64,000 nucleotides of DNA, from NCBI GenBank assembly GCA_030141605.1, contig JAQGDQ010000001.1, forward strand, positions 124,001 through 188,000. The letters run 5' to 3'. Positions 24,244 to 43,753 of the stretch are shown here, one piece after another. The position numbers and the translations under genes are program-made. Numbering within the stretch: the stretch's first letter is position 1; the number at the start of each line of letters is the position of its first letter. The notes beneath the pieces are model-generated. The model did not search any database. It saw only the letters and a program-made list of their open reading frames with translations, and was not told where the DNA came from. The DNA comes from Tubiluchus corallicola. Its lineage: Eukaryota > Animalia > Priapulida.

Positions 24244-27200
24244 ATGGTTATCCACATAGAGACACTGCTGAGTAGTTCTGCGATCTACGTTATTCTTTCA
24301 CTTTTGGTGGCGTTGCTGATAATAAAAAATTATCGATTACCAAAGAAGGAAAGAAGCTGGTTAGAAAATTTACCTGGTCCAACACCTCCTGCTGTTGTAG
24401 GAAAAATCTTGGGAAATTACACACAGTTTTATCACAAGAAAACAACAGGTAAGTGTACAGTAAACTAAAATGACCCAACCAAATAGCTAGCTAAATGGTT
24501 ACTATTGAAATTTGGGGATATCGCAAAGAATTGTTCCAAGATTTAAATTCTTTTAGTTAGTTACAAACATTAGGCCTACGTGTTTCCAAAAAAAACAATT
24601 GCAGGAGCTGACGAACTGTACACTGTACAAGTCCAAGCGCACTCATGTCACTCATGTGCACGTATGGCGCAATTATTATGTTGTAGACCGAGTTCTCGAT
24701 TTATCCACAGTAACATATGTAAACATAACACATGAACATTTTCACCAATAATCGGCAGAGGGCAAAACGAGATTGAAATTCTGTTTCGTTAATTAATCTG
24801 CCACATTTATATTATGCATTTATTAGTCAACGAGCCTGGAAAATGTAAATTGCTAGTTACGAAATAATTACCACAAGAGTACTCAGAATGAACTTCATAA
24901 TGGTTGGTCTACTAATGTGCTTTTTTCTACAGTAATGATTTATAAACATGTCTCTTAAAACGTGTTGATGGTTTTGTGTGCGTCATACATGCTATAAGCC
25001 AGAAATTCGATCAAATATGTGCATCGGATCATCGTTTGGATATATATAGATGCTCCCTCCCATAACGTGATTCGTAGGTTTTACTAACATAATGCTTAGA
25101 AGTTATTTTCCTGATATGTAGAAGAAACTTCTATAAGAAAATAGAGTATAAGACATGATGCATACTTTTTCTTCAACCCAAATTAGTGACAAATAAGAAA
25201 AAAATCTCACGGCAAAGAAAACGAAACACGATGTGTTTCAAACCACCGCTTTGGTTTATCTTCAGTTTATCTTTTACGTTTCTACGTCTAGTGATTTTCA
25301 CATAATTCTGTGTTTTTTCCAGTATTTTTATTTGTTGTACCTCTGTATCTTTTATCCTTGTCTATCCTATCTATGCATTTGTATATTTTTAAGTGTGGAA
25401 TTTTAATGTGTTAATAATGGAAAAAACTCTCCAAAGAAAACGTAATATTAATAATTTTATGTCATTTCTCTTTTTTGTTTCTTATTCTTTCGCCTGTAGA
25501 TAAACTACAGCGGTGGTTTGAAGTGTCAAATTTTTTTGTTTCTTAACTGTGGGTTTTTTCATCATTTTTTCAAGTTTTAGCTGTTTTAATAAAGCATGAG
25601 AAGGTAAGCAAGTAATTTCTTTTGCTAATGTCTGAACTAGTAAGGTCAATGTACTAGCTGGTTGGTGTAACAAAAACTCTAGGTTAGCCACAGTTGTAAT
25701 TGCTTCTTGTTTTGTATTTCAGCTCACTTCAAGGCGATGTTCAAAACCGACGAAATTTATAGAAAAGATGGCATGGTTAGGTATTGGCTAGGACCTACCT
25801 ATGCAATCGTCAGAGTCATAAAAGCAGAATTTGCTGAGGTAGGCCTTAATTAAGTTACCGAACTACAATGCGTTGGATAGTCGTACTATTACAACTTTGC
25901 CTGTATGGTGACGCACTAAATACAGTATAAATTTGCAGTTTCTCACTGACAGGTCATTCTAAATTCCAAAAACCATATGGACAAAGCACAGGAGTACAAT
26001 TTCCTTCATGGATGGTTAGGAACTGGGTTACTAACTAGGTTAGTGCTGGATAATTATTGTTTTTTTAAGAAAATATAACTTGCTAAAGAGTGCGTGCAAC
26101 GTACAGTAATTCAGTTGAGGAAAAGTTAAAATTGCAAACGAAGAGCCTAGTTCGCAAATTATTGTAACTGGGTCACGAGTTTTTATTACCTTTTTTAGCA
26201 TTTTCTTTTCACTAATATGCAAATTAATGTTTCAGTACTGGAAGCAAATGGCACAACAGGAGGCGCCTATTGACACCATCCTTCCACTTTAGAATTCTTA
26301 ATGACTTTTTGCCGGTTTTTAGTGAACATAGCAAAATCTTGTGCGAAAAGTTAATGACAAAAGCTGATGGGAAAACTAGTTTCGATATCCAGCCATTCAT
26401 CACCCTGTGCACGTTGGATGCCATTTGTGGTAAGTGGACAACTTTAGGTGTAAAAGCACTCGGTCCTGTAATACTTCTTACAGATACGCAGGATAAAATT
26501 TGGTAACATGTACAATAAAAACCACATCGTGGTGTGTTCATTTTCAAAAGATCACCAGATGGTTTATCCCGGCAGGTAGGATAGGATCAGTAGCAGTATG
26601 TCGCCTAGAAGAATCCATTTATAAGCAATAGAGGGACATTGGAATGCTGTAGAAAGCGGCGCTACGAACCATCAACAATGTTTGGTGTAATTACTTTATG
26701 AGACTAATTTTGAAACCAACTTTTCAATGTGCACTATCAAAATTAGCCTTTGCTACACTTTGAATTTTCCACACAAACTAATTTCATGGAATTTTTTTCA
26801 TTGTAGTATGAGGTTTATTTTTAATGAAATTCAAATGACAAGAACAATGTTTTGCTTTTAAATCAGAATCTTCTTTAGCGGACTCAAACTCGGAGCTAAA
26901 AATTTCATCAACTGGTTTGCCATTGAACTCTTCTCGGTATTTTGCAATGATTTCCTGCAACACCGGCTACTGTTGCGTTGGATTCCATTTGAGGTCCACA
27001 TCCAGCACCAGGCCAAGTGGCTCAAGGCCCTTCTTGAGAAAAGTCATATCAAGTTTGTCTTGCTGAGCATTAACTGCACGTATCTACCGCCAGATCACAC
27101 GATCTTTTGTTTCACGCTTTAGGGACCTGAGGTGGGCAGCCAAGACTATTTTCGAAACACAGACCAATTAAATACCGGAAAAGGACACAAAAAGTGCACT

Positions 27201-28091
27201 TTAAAATTAGTCAGTGAGACTAATTTCGGGGCACTTCCAATCTTATTAGAACATGACAAGAACAATAGTGCAGTTCAGAAAATAGCTGTTATATATATAT
27301 CTAATTGAGTGCAGGATAAGCCAAAAACTGGCTTCATAACAACATCAACCCTGGGTGCCCTACTATTTTTACTGTTGTAAAATGCAGGCTATTTTTCTTT
27401 GCATGTTATGTTTATGATGAATGTACGCCTAGTTTTTTAAACAGAAACAGCAATGGGAAAGAAAATAAATGCACAGGAAAGTGAAGGAAACTCTGCGTAC
27501 GTAAAGGCAGTGAAAAGGTAATTTTAGTGACACTGTTCAGATGTGAAAGCTTTTGCAAATTTCTGAAAGAATTTTTAATTTTTATTTGTTTATTATTTCA
27601 GTTTCATTTGCTATTGAACTGTATTTTGGTTTGTAATATGTTTTGTAGAATGTCGGAGATTGTAATAACAAGATTCAAGTCACCTTGGTACTGGAATGAA
27701 ATATTATTTAATTTGTCACCCTTGGGAAGAGAACAGGCTAAATGTCTAAGAATTCTCCACCAGACAACTGACCAGGTACTGAGGAAAAGATTATTTATGT
27801 CTCTTGCAAACCGATTTTTGCGACATCAGCATTATGATTAATAGTAATAATAGTTTAGGTCCGTTTCCCCAAATTTTTTTCCTAGAAAATTTGTTTTATG
27901 GAAAAAGTATTTTCCAGAAATACAAAGAAAAATCGCGGTTTCGTTTTTAGTTGCTAGGACAAAGCTTTCGGTTTCTTTTTTCTGTTTGCCTTTCCCTCTC
28001 TACCTCTTTCCCTCAGTACCCCTCTCACTCTCCTTCTCTTCCTCTCTCTCCTTCTGTTCCTCTCTAACTGTCTCCCGTCCTTTTCTCTCCT

Positions 28092-28163
<72 letters not shown>

Positions 28164-30804
28164 ACCTTTCTCCCTCCCTCTCTCTTTCTGCTTCTAATTA
28201 TTAACAGCGATTTAACTAAGGACTATCAGAATCATTGAAAATGAACCATTGTATCGAGTACAGTACACAGTCAAAATGGGCTTTTTAACGGGCTTAACTC
28301 GTGTTAATATTTTCCTCGCATTGCAACTAATTTTAGCGTTAAACTAGAATCAATTTGCATTGTATCATTTGCCATATAATCACCTCAAATTTAAAGGATT
28401 TGAAATAAGGTTGAATTAATAATCTAGAAAATGAAAACATCCTGAGTCTTATGTTGGCATCTAAATTTGCCCAATAAATTATGTTCCTTCACTAGATTTT
28501 TTACAGGTTCTTTTGTGGCAGGACCAGTTCCTAGTTTATTTTGAAAACAATCCTCTGCGATGAAATATTGAAGAGGCAGAGGTGTCACAGTCACAATCAA
28601 ATGCCCATATCCTCCCTAACTCAGCGAAATGATTCGGCACAGTAGTGATAAGAACTATCCAAAGTGAGATTCCTAAGCAGTCATCCAACTAATCAGTTGT
28701 CAGGCTCGACATTGCTTCACATTGCTAGCGAATCACACGCCGTGATTAATCAGTATTACGTAGATGCAAAGACCAACATGATTCGCCACCTAATCATTCT
28801 GACGTTACGTATCTACTTTTTTGCCTAAACGAGTTGACCATTTTTTTATCATAAACTCGTTATTCATCAATACACGTAGTTAAAATAAACTACTTTTTAT
28901 TTTGCATCATCTAACTGCGCTTTAAAAAGGATTTATTAGGTTTTCTGCGAAAAGGCGGTTCTGGGAAAAAATTATGGGAAATTGTTATTGCGAGGAAAAA
29001 ACTTTTCTGGGAAACGAGTCTACATCAAATAAGGAATGTATGACGCCATGTACAGTGAAGTCGCTAAAATGATAATCACAGTTTGTCGACGACTAAGCGG
29101 AGGTATATTATTACACACTTAACGAAATTAATAATCACTATTTCTCTGATTATTAAAATATTTGAAGGTGTGAGGCATTTTAGATGATCACAGATACATC
29201 AATATACCCATCTAATTAACTAACTGACACTTTTGTAAGTGCTTAGACTAACCTAAAACACGGCGCCTAGATGTTTTTCATTAGGAGGGATATGGAAATC
29301 AGCAAATTGTCGTTTATGCTATGGATTTAAATTACATGTATGGTATTTTTTAAGGTAATTCGGGAAAGAGCTAGAATATTACAAGAAACTCCAAACGCAA
29401 CCGGTCATGCAGATTCAGTAAAAAGTTACGATGCAAATGACGTGTATTCTGGAAAAAAGAGAAGAATGGCTTTTTTGGATACACTGTTAGTAGCCAATGA
29501 TAATCAGAAGAAATTGAGTTTTGCTGATATTAGAGAAGAAGTTGACACGTTTATGTTCGAGGTAAATTTTTTACGGTTACATTTTCAGTATACCTTTTTA
29601 TTACAGATTAATCTCATAGTTAAGATTGTAGGCCCTAAATGTCTGCCTGTCTTACCTAGGGTCACGATACCACATCAGTAGCAACAAACTGGGCGATTTA
29701 TCTTTTGGGCCATCATCCTGAGATTCAGAAAAAACTCCATGAGGAAATGATAGAACTATTTGGTGAAAGTGATCGACCTGCTACCTATGATGACGTCAAA
29801 AAGATGGCTTACTTGGAGTGCGTTGTGAAGGTGAATGTTTCAATCATAGATGTTTCAGCAATAGTTAGTTTTCCTAGACAGTTTGGCGTTAATACTCTAT
29901 TTAGCCAAAGTGATTAAACCCTACAGATGAAACTTAGAGATTAAACCCAGGGACAGTTAGCGCAATTCTCTAATTTTTTGTCCAGATAAAACTCCGTTCT
30001 CTTAGGCGGACATTATCACAATACTTTTTTTAACTTGAGGGTGATATGTCTAAAATCTCAATTTACAGGAGACTCTCAGACTGTATCCATCAGTTCCAAA
30101 CATAGGAAGAACGCTTACCTGTGACGAAAAATTCGGTAAGTTTTCTCGATTGGTAAGCATTTTTCTTTAATTTAATGCGCATGACTCTAAAAGTGGTTAA
30201 TCATTAATAGTTCTTTTTCATAAGCAGCGATTCTGGATAATATTTATAACAATAAATTTGTTTTACATCTGTGCAGGTGATTACATGATACCTTCGGGTA
30301 CCACGATAGTGGTTGCACCATACAGTTTACACCGAGATCCGACAGCTTTTCCAAATCCAGAAAAATTTGACCCAGAACGATTCACTTTAGACAATTCTTT
30401 TCAACGACATCCTTTTGCTTACATTCCATTCTCAGCTGGATTAAGAAATTGCATAGGTATGAAATATTTGTTAAATATCTAATAGAAGACAACATAACAC
30501 ATTTATTAATTCTTATTAAAAAATGACAACGTTTATAAAAACTCATTTTTGCTACAACAGTCATCATCATTTGGGGGTGCTGTAGAACGGTTGTTTACAT
30601 TAAAATTTACATATTCTGTTTATTTTTTATTTAGGTCAGAAGTTCGCCATGATGGAAGAAAAAGTTCTTTTGTCTACCATTGTAAGAAACTTCAAAATCA
30701 AGAGTGTTGTCCCAACTAAAGATATAGTACTACTGCCAGAATTAGTTATGCGCCCTAAAGATGGCACTAAAGTCATTCTGACGAAGCGAAAACAAATTAA
30801 ATGA
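24244..30804 (+). CDS. Cytochrome P450, CYP4 clan (CYP4V-like), copy 1, 11 exons, intact
   Basis: Exons 24244-24448, 25723-25838, 25953-26038, 26236-26429, 27445-27517, 27649-27775, 29355-29561, 29660-29830, 30069-30135, 30277-30456, 30635-30804. All GT-AG and phase-consistent. Motifs: [57 protein letters not shown]. Confidence 0.95.
28095..28160. repeat. (TC)n microsatellite
   Basis: Read directly from the sequence. Confidence 0.99.
28650..28767 (-). pseudogene. Degenerate 5S rRNA-derived sequence (5S pseudogene or SINE3 head)
   Basis: Minus strand TCTACGTAATAC...GAAGCAATGTCGAGCCTG...TTGGATGACTGCTTAGGAAT parallels 5S TCTACGGCCATAC...AAGCAGGGTCGGGCCTG...GGATGGGAGACCGCCTGGGAAT over about 120 nt. 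Confidence 0.5.
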
Positions 30805-32559
30805 AAACACAGGTTGGGTGCGAGCGGCTATAATGAGAAAACTTTGGGACTGTCGGCTTGTTGTGCTGTTTTTCATTAAAATTTACAGATCTTCGTGCTC
30901 AGATTTATTATATACGATTTATTTAAAGTTATTGAAATACAATAGAGTCATTGGATTATTTGCATAAGTAAATAACACGAACAATAGTAGTTACTCACAT
31001 TTTTTACTTAAATTAAAAGTGCCATTAAGCCACATACATTGTGCTATATTGACTTGGATTTTATGTTACTGGATAACAAGTCATTCGCAACATAAATATT
31101 GTAGAACATCATTTAACTGTTGATTGTCTAAAAAGGAGTTGAGTTGTTTCTGCTTGAGTTGTTTCAAACAACTTGAACAAATAAAAGAGTAATGTTTTGA
31201 GCCCATGAAGCTCCCAAGCCTTCTTAAAATGTGAATCTTTTAATTTTTAAATAATCAAACTTGTCGTAGTTATCATTAAATTTATGAATTACATATTGTA
31301 AACCAACGTTGACTGCACAGAATATTATGCATTTCTCGCAAAAGGTACTTTAAATAATTTTACAAATCTGATTTCAAATTGGGTACTCGGACGAATTTTG
31401 CGGACGAACTCGGACGGATTGGGGACTCGGTTATTAATTAGAGTGTTATCAAGCTTCCATATTTGCGAGCCTTAAAAGCTATGACAGTACATCTGAAATA
31501 TTTTAGTCTTTAAACAACTATTTGGAAACAAGAAGTCGGTATAATACTTGTGTTTGCATAAAATTTCAGCGTTATCCGGCAAGCTGAATGTCAGCGTGGT
31601 ACCAACATGCACCACTTTGTCGTAAAAGACACCTGTTGAGTTTTACAGTGGGCTGTAAATTACGGGGAACATTCCTATGAGAAAGGAAAATTATACATTG
31701 CTTTTACTTTATGAAGACTTATGTCTACGAAATCAATATCAAAATTTCTGACATACTCTTCACAGATTTTTAACACAGCCTGGATAACCCCTACATTCGA
31801 GGCTAACAGACTTTTAAGTCGTCAGTATTTTAAAAATCGTCAGTATATGCGGCACTGCCACAGCATCTACAACCAAACATACATCAAATTTTAGAATCCC
31901 GTTTACATAACTGTCCATCTAAATACATGCCGAATAAAATTGGGGATAAAAAAGCTGGATTTCGTGTTGTGCCATGATATACGATATGCATATTTGGTGG
32001 TTCCTTTACATGTTTAACAACAGTTTGATTAGATCTATATTGGCAGGAAGATTTTTCTGAAGTAGAAGTATTAATAATTTTTACAATAATTTACTTTAAC
32101 GAATTTTCGCTTCTGCCAGTGTATGCAATGCGCTCATGGAATGTTTGTGTTATTAAAAATTATATTCAGTTTTTATGTTTTCACTAGTTGGGATCGCTCG
32201 CCGTTAATTAAGTTTTTTTCTATTATTTAATTATCATAAACGCATTGGCGTTATTATAGGTTTTAAAAGATATACTTTTTATGGAACTTCAAAACGGGCA
32301 GGCTATGAAAAATATGAAAAATAATTCTGCTTTCCTTTGATAGAGTGTAGGCTGGAGTTCACATTTTCCTAAGATGTAAAACAGCTAATTTTTGTAGTTT
32401 TTATTTTTTTATTGAAAACTATACGTGTTTGGTGAAAAAATAAACGATTTACAAAAATATTGAACGTTACACGCGTATACCATAATTTCTTCTCTGAATG
32501 TTGAAAATACTGGAAGTTGTTACCAATAACTTAACCTGTAGTTAGCTTGTAGGTGAAGT

Positions 32560-32860
32560 TCAAATTATTTACTTGAGTTTAAATTTAAGTAGTAAAGAGA
32601 AGGTGCTTATGTGCAAGCACAGTGTACCATATACCCAGCTGCCTCAATGCTGGTTCATTTGTTTCGTTATTTTGGCCCCATGCCCTCCTGGAATGCAAAG
32701 TCTATTTTGGCTTCTTCAGATAAAAGCATTCCTGGTCCCAGCACGATTTTATTCTTTCCAGTCCAAAGACACACTAGACTGCAAGTATTGCAACTGAAGA
32801 GGCAATTGGCATGATCCAATCAATACCTTCAAAGCAGCGACAGAACAAGAAAATAAGGAA
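32560..32860 (-). mobile_element. Possible hAT-type transposase relic
   Basis: Frameshifted LDWK/KIVLG...IEAAGYMVHCAC, resembling the hAT 'HCxxH' region. Very degenerate. Confidence 0.3.
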
Positions 32861-33178
32861 ATTAACACCCACTGGTGTTCGTTTGTGCATACTCCATCTC
32901 CTTTATGTTTTTTGCATACTCCATGGTAGGGAAATAAGTACTGAAGCAATAAGGCGATCGCACTACCTGCTAATATGCCTAATGCACACAGGTTGTACAG
33001 AGACGTGACTGTTCCAATACAAGGACTGACAGTGGTTTTGCCTGTAACCTCCCTTGTGAGTGGTGATGGTTCGTTGCAAACAAGCTTTCACTATCAAGAA
33101 TCTCGATAAATCAATAATTTCGATGTTTTTTATGTCAGACGCGTGAAGTCATCTGGTATTAGCACGTTGCATTATCAA

Positions 33179-33198
33179 TGAACTTCGACTTTTGATCA
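33179..33198 (+). promoter_or_regulatory. DR1-spaced half-site array upstream of CYP copy 2
   Basis: TGAACT-t-CGACTT-t-TGATCA, ending 46 nt before the ATG; similar position to the copy-3 array. Confidence 0.35.
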
Positions 33199-33244
33199 TA
33201 TGAGCAGTTTCTTTACTTCTCGTTCTCTTTTTGATTTCTGCAAC

Positions 33245-39972
<6,728 letters not shown>

Positions 39973-40769
39973 GTTGGAGAATTGTATTTCAGACATGGAG
40001 TATGTTGCATCGATTTTATTGTTAATTCATAAGCGTGAAATAAATGCGAGAATTACATAAAACTTGTAATGTTTTATTTTCCTAGGGTATAAACGGATAC
40101 TTCGTGTATTTTTCAAGTTGATATAATCAGTTCTTGTTATTGTCACAATGTTTGAGCCTCCGAAATGTTAAGATGACCGTAGATTATTACGTTTGACATT
40201 GATAAAAAACACGTAATACTACCCCTTTACAAACGACGTTAATTATGTCAACTGCTCAGAACACAAGTTGATATGTGTTTAATAGCAATTTATAGTTTTT
40301 ATTCAATCGAGTTGCGATTTAAGATTAGTTAAACAGTTTTGCCTCCTAACATGATGCAATATTAGCAGCATTGTTTGATGCTAGGAAGTATAACATACAG
40401 ATCTCATATTTCCCTTTTAACACATGAATACTATCCAATCGATCATATATTTGACATATCTTGGTGTTTGTATGTAAGAAAACTGTAACGTTATAACAAG
40501 CAAGCTTATCGGAAGTGAAGCGGAAGTGCCTAAGACACACCTGACTCCTAAACCATGAAATAGAACACTGAATTTGAGCTTTACCACGTCCGCGCACATT
40601 CAGGTTTTGTGTTCGCGAATTCTTAGACAGAAAAGGTTCTGCATTATGGTAAGTATCAAACAGTTTTCAGTTGGTATACTCCACGAGCCATCTTGACCAG
40701 CTCAAGCAAATCACCATTAAATCTGAGCGCAAATCAACACAAGAGTATTATTACTTATTACTCTCAGAA

Positions 40770-41945
40770 CTGATTTGAATAATGACTTCAGTAATATCAC
40801 AGAATGGATGAATGACAATGCGCTAACTATAAATATGAACAAAACTAAAACAATATTGGTCGGGACAAGTAGAAAATTACAAGACATTAGTGAATTTAAT
40901 TTATTACTAAATAAATGTCGAATTGAAATTATCAGTAGTGTGGAATATTTAGGAGTTCACTTTAACCCCAATTTAAAATGGAACAAACATGTTGACAAAA
41001 TTGCTGGTAGAATATCACAGAAAATCTGGGTTTTAAAAAGGTCAGTAGCTATGTCCCACAGCGTACGCTGTTTAATCCTATCTTAATGCTACATATGGAT
41101 TATTGTTTTGTAGACTGGAGCACCACGTTTGATAAGTATATTGACCGCATTCAAAAATTACAGAACAGAGCACTGAGAATTACCCCGAGTACCCGAGATT
41201 ATCATGTAAATGACATGCATAGTGATAAAGTGAAACAGAGAAGAGATTATTTGAAAGCAATAATGATGTACAAATGTATAAATAATGATCCTCCATTATA
41301 TCTGTGTCAGAATATTCAATTTACCATAAGTGTTCATAACCGTGTCACAACGCCACGGTTATTGTCGTCTAATCAGTTATATGAAAATGTTGTGTTCGGT
41401 TGCCGCTAATTAACGTTCTAAGCTAATTATTCAAATATAAGAAACGGCAAAATGTTATAGACAAGAAATTGTATATTTTGGGCAATAAGCTAAAATGAGA
41501 TTGAGTTTAAACCATCGACCGGTTTTCCTTTAAGCTTGAGCATGATAAGCGTACATTTTGTTACTCAGGGGCTATGACTTGGAATACTCTTCCAAATTAT
41601 ATGAAGGACGTACCATCTATAGATACTTTCAAAAGATCTGCTAAAACTTATTTTTTGTGTATTGAATAGCCTAATGTTATTTATCTTGATACTTGATTTA
41701 TTTTGTAATTAATTTAATTTAATTTTTCTTTTAATGCTAGTTATGATTATAATTACTACCTGATAATTATTTTATTATGTTAGACATTCATAAATGCAGT
41801 GATATGCACGTATATGTCTGTATAGATGTATATATTTGTAAATAATTTAGGGCCTTCTTGGGAAGCAGTGCTAAGCACTAAAGGAGCTACTCTCACAAAA
41901 TATTACTATAAATAAATAAACAAATAAAGTAATAAGTAATAATAC
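40770..41945 (+). mobile_element. 5'-truncated CR1/L2-group LINE (ORF2 C-terminus, 3' UTR and tail)
   Basis: ITEWMNDNALTINMNKTK, VEYLGVHFNPNLKWNKHVDK, DYC..W...IQKLQNRALRI. Ends in an (AAAT)/(AATAAGT)-like tail at about 41910-41945. Confidence 0.85.
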
Positions 41946-42250
41946 TCTTGTGTTGATTTGCGCTCATTTTTCACAGCGCCTTAAAAGTAGAAACAGTTGG
42001 TCTTGCTCTAAAGTGAACCATTCCTGAAACATTTTGTCCGATACATTACTATATAAAAGATTTTATTTGTACGATGCGCTCCAGCCGCTTGTAACGCCGT
42101 TAAGCATTTTACGCTTGTTTGTTATGCTTGAAGGCATACGTGAAATTCCTTAAATTACATGTACGCGCTGTGATATACCTATTCGTTATGACCCCCACTT
42201 ACTTTTACCGTGATCCCTAGAGTGGCATTGATTTATACTGTAGCAATAAA

Positions 42251-42270
42251 TGATCTATGAACTTTGATCT
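42251..42270 (+). promoter_or_regulatory. Tandem DR1-spaced nuclear-receptor half-sites (HNF4/RXR-type) upstream of CYP copy 3
   Basis: TGATCT-a-TGAACT-t-TGATCT, ending 51 nt before the ATG. Contains the HNF4-like TGAACTTTG. Confidence 0.45.
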
Positions 42271-42321
42271 CAACCATCTGCAAGTGTGATCCATTTGCCT
42301 AATAATACTCTTGCAGCCGTC

Positions 42322-43704
42322 ATGGTTTTAGAAGGAGTTGCTTCTTATATAATATCTTTGGTGGTAATATGGATGATTTGGCTCGCATGGAAAATTTCTT
42401 ACATACCTGGAAGGAAGAGGGAGTACGATGCGTTACCTGGCGCTCCCAGAGTGCCTATCCTTGGACACTTAGGTCAGCTTTTTAGATTTGACCAATCAGG
42501 TACGGTAGCTTATACTATCGCTGTTATTACATTCAACTTAATGTCAATTCTTTAGATTCTCCAAATGCATTATAAATTTTATAAAATATTAGTTAATATT
42601 AGTTATAAAATTAAATTAGTTAATTTTAACTAATCAATAATAATCTTGTCCGTAGCTTGTATGTACCTCTAGATTACAAGAAAGAAATGCCAGACGCAAC
42701 TCAATAATCTTGCCAGAGGTCGTTTTAAAGTACCAATCAACAATTAGATTAGCAAATGTAATGTGAATAGCCGATAGACAGCACAGTCATTTTTCTTCTA
42801 TGTGTTTACAGAAACCTTTAAAGTCGTACAAGCTTATATTGACAAATACTCTCGCAATGGAATGGCCGTGGCGCAGATTATGAACTACCCAACAGTTTTT
42901 GTTTTTCATCCGAGATTGGCAGAGGTAAAATAATGACAATGTAAGAAATTTTCATTGATAATGTTCACTTGTGACATACACTACATTTTAGCCACATGTT
43001 TTACAAGTGTGTAACAGTCACTGTAACTATATGTAGTAGGTTGTAGTTAGTGCATGCATAATTTCCATATGTAAATACTAATGTTATGCAGTAGATGTTA
43101 GTTTTATCAAATTCCTTGCAGCCAACAAATTGTTTCGAAAGCCACTCACTTTAACTCCAGCAAATTTGAAACTTCTGCTGCATCCTATTTATTGGTTGTA
43201 TTCATAAATTCATAAATTACAATAGGCCAGCTGATGTTAATATTCTTTAATTTGTAGGTGGTACTCGGGTCGAAAAAGCATATTGAGAAGTCAGTGGACT
43301 ATAAACTAATTCATCCATGGTTGGGAACTGGGTTACTAACAAGGTTATATTTATACACGTTAAACTAATTTACATTGTGCTGTATTTTTCCCAAGCTACA
43401 AGAATAAAAAAAGGGGGACAGACCTAACAGGAAAATTAGATCGGTTGTAAACGCTATCGCTTGGTCAAAATTATGATAAAATGAAAACCGTAGTGCACAC
43501 TTCATAAGAAAAATCTTTTTTTGTTGTAGTCGTTCCTATAAGTGTTACAGCCAGAAGTTTTGCCAAAGTCTCGTGTCTCTTTACATGTATTTAATGAAGT
43601 AGGTTTAGATTTTTCATTAGATTAGTGAAGTTTATTGACAGAAAGTTTAAAAACGATGGAAGAATTGATTGAGAGAAGAGAAAGAGAGAGAGAGAGACAG
43701 AGAG

Positions 43705-43753
<49 letters not shown>

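Larger units (their letters stand above)
27857..29021. mobile_element. Possible MITE with Harbinger-like termini
   Basis: TAGGTCCGTTTCCC...GGGAAACGAGTCTA imperfect inverted termini, enclosing (TC)n and a 5S-like relic. Confidence 0.4.
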
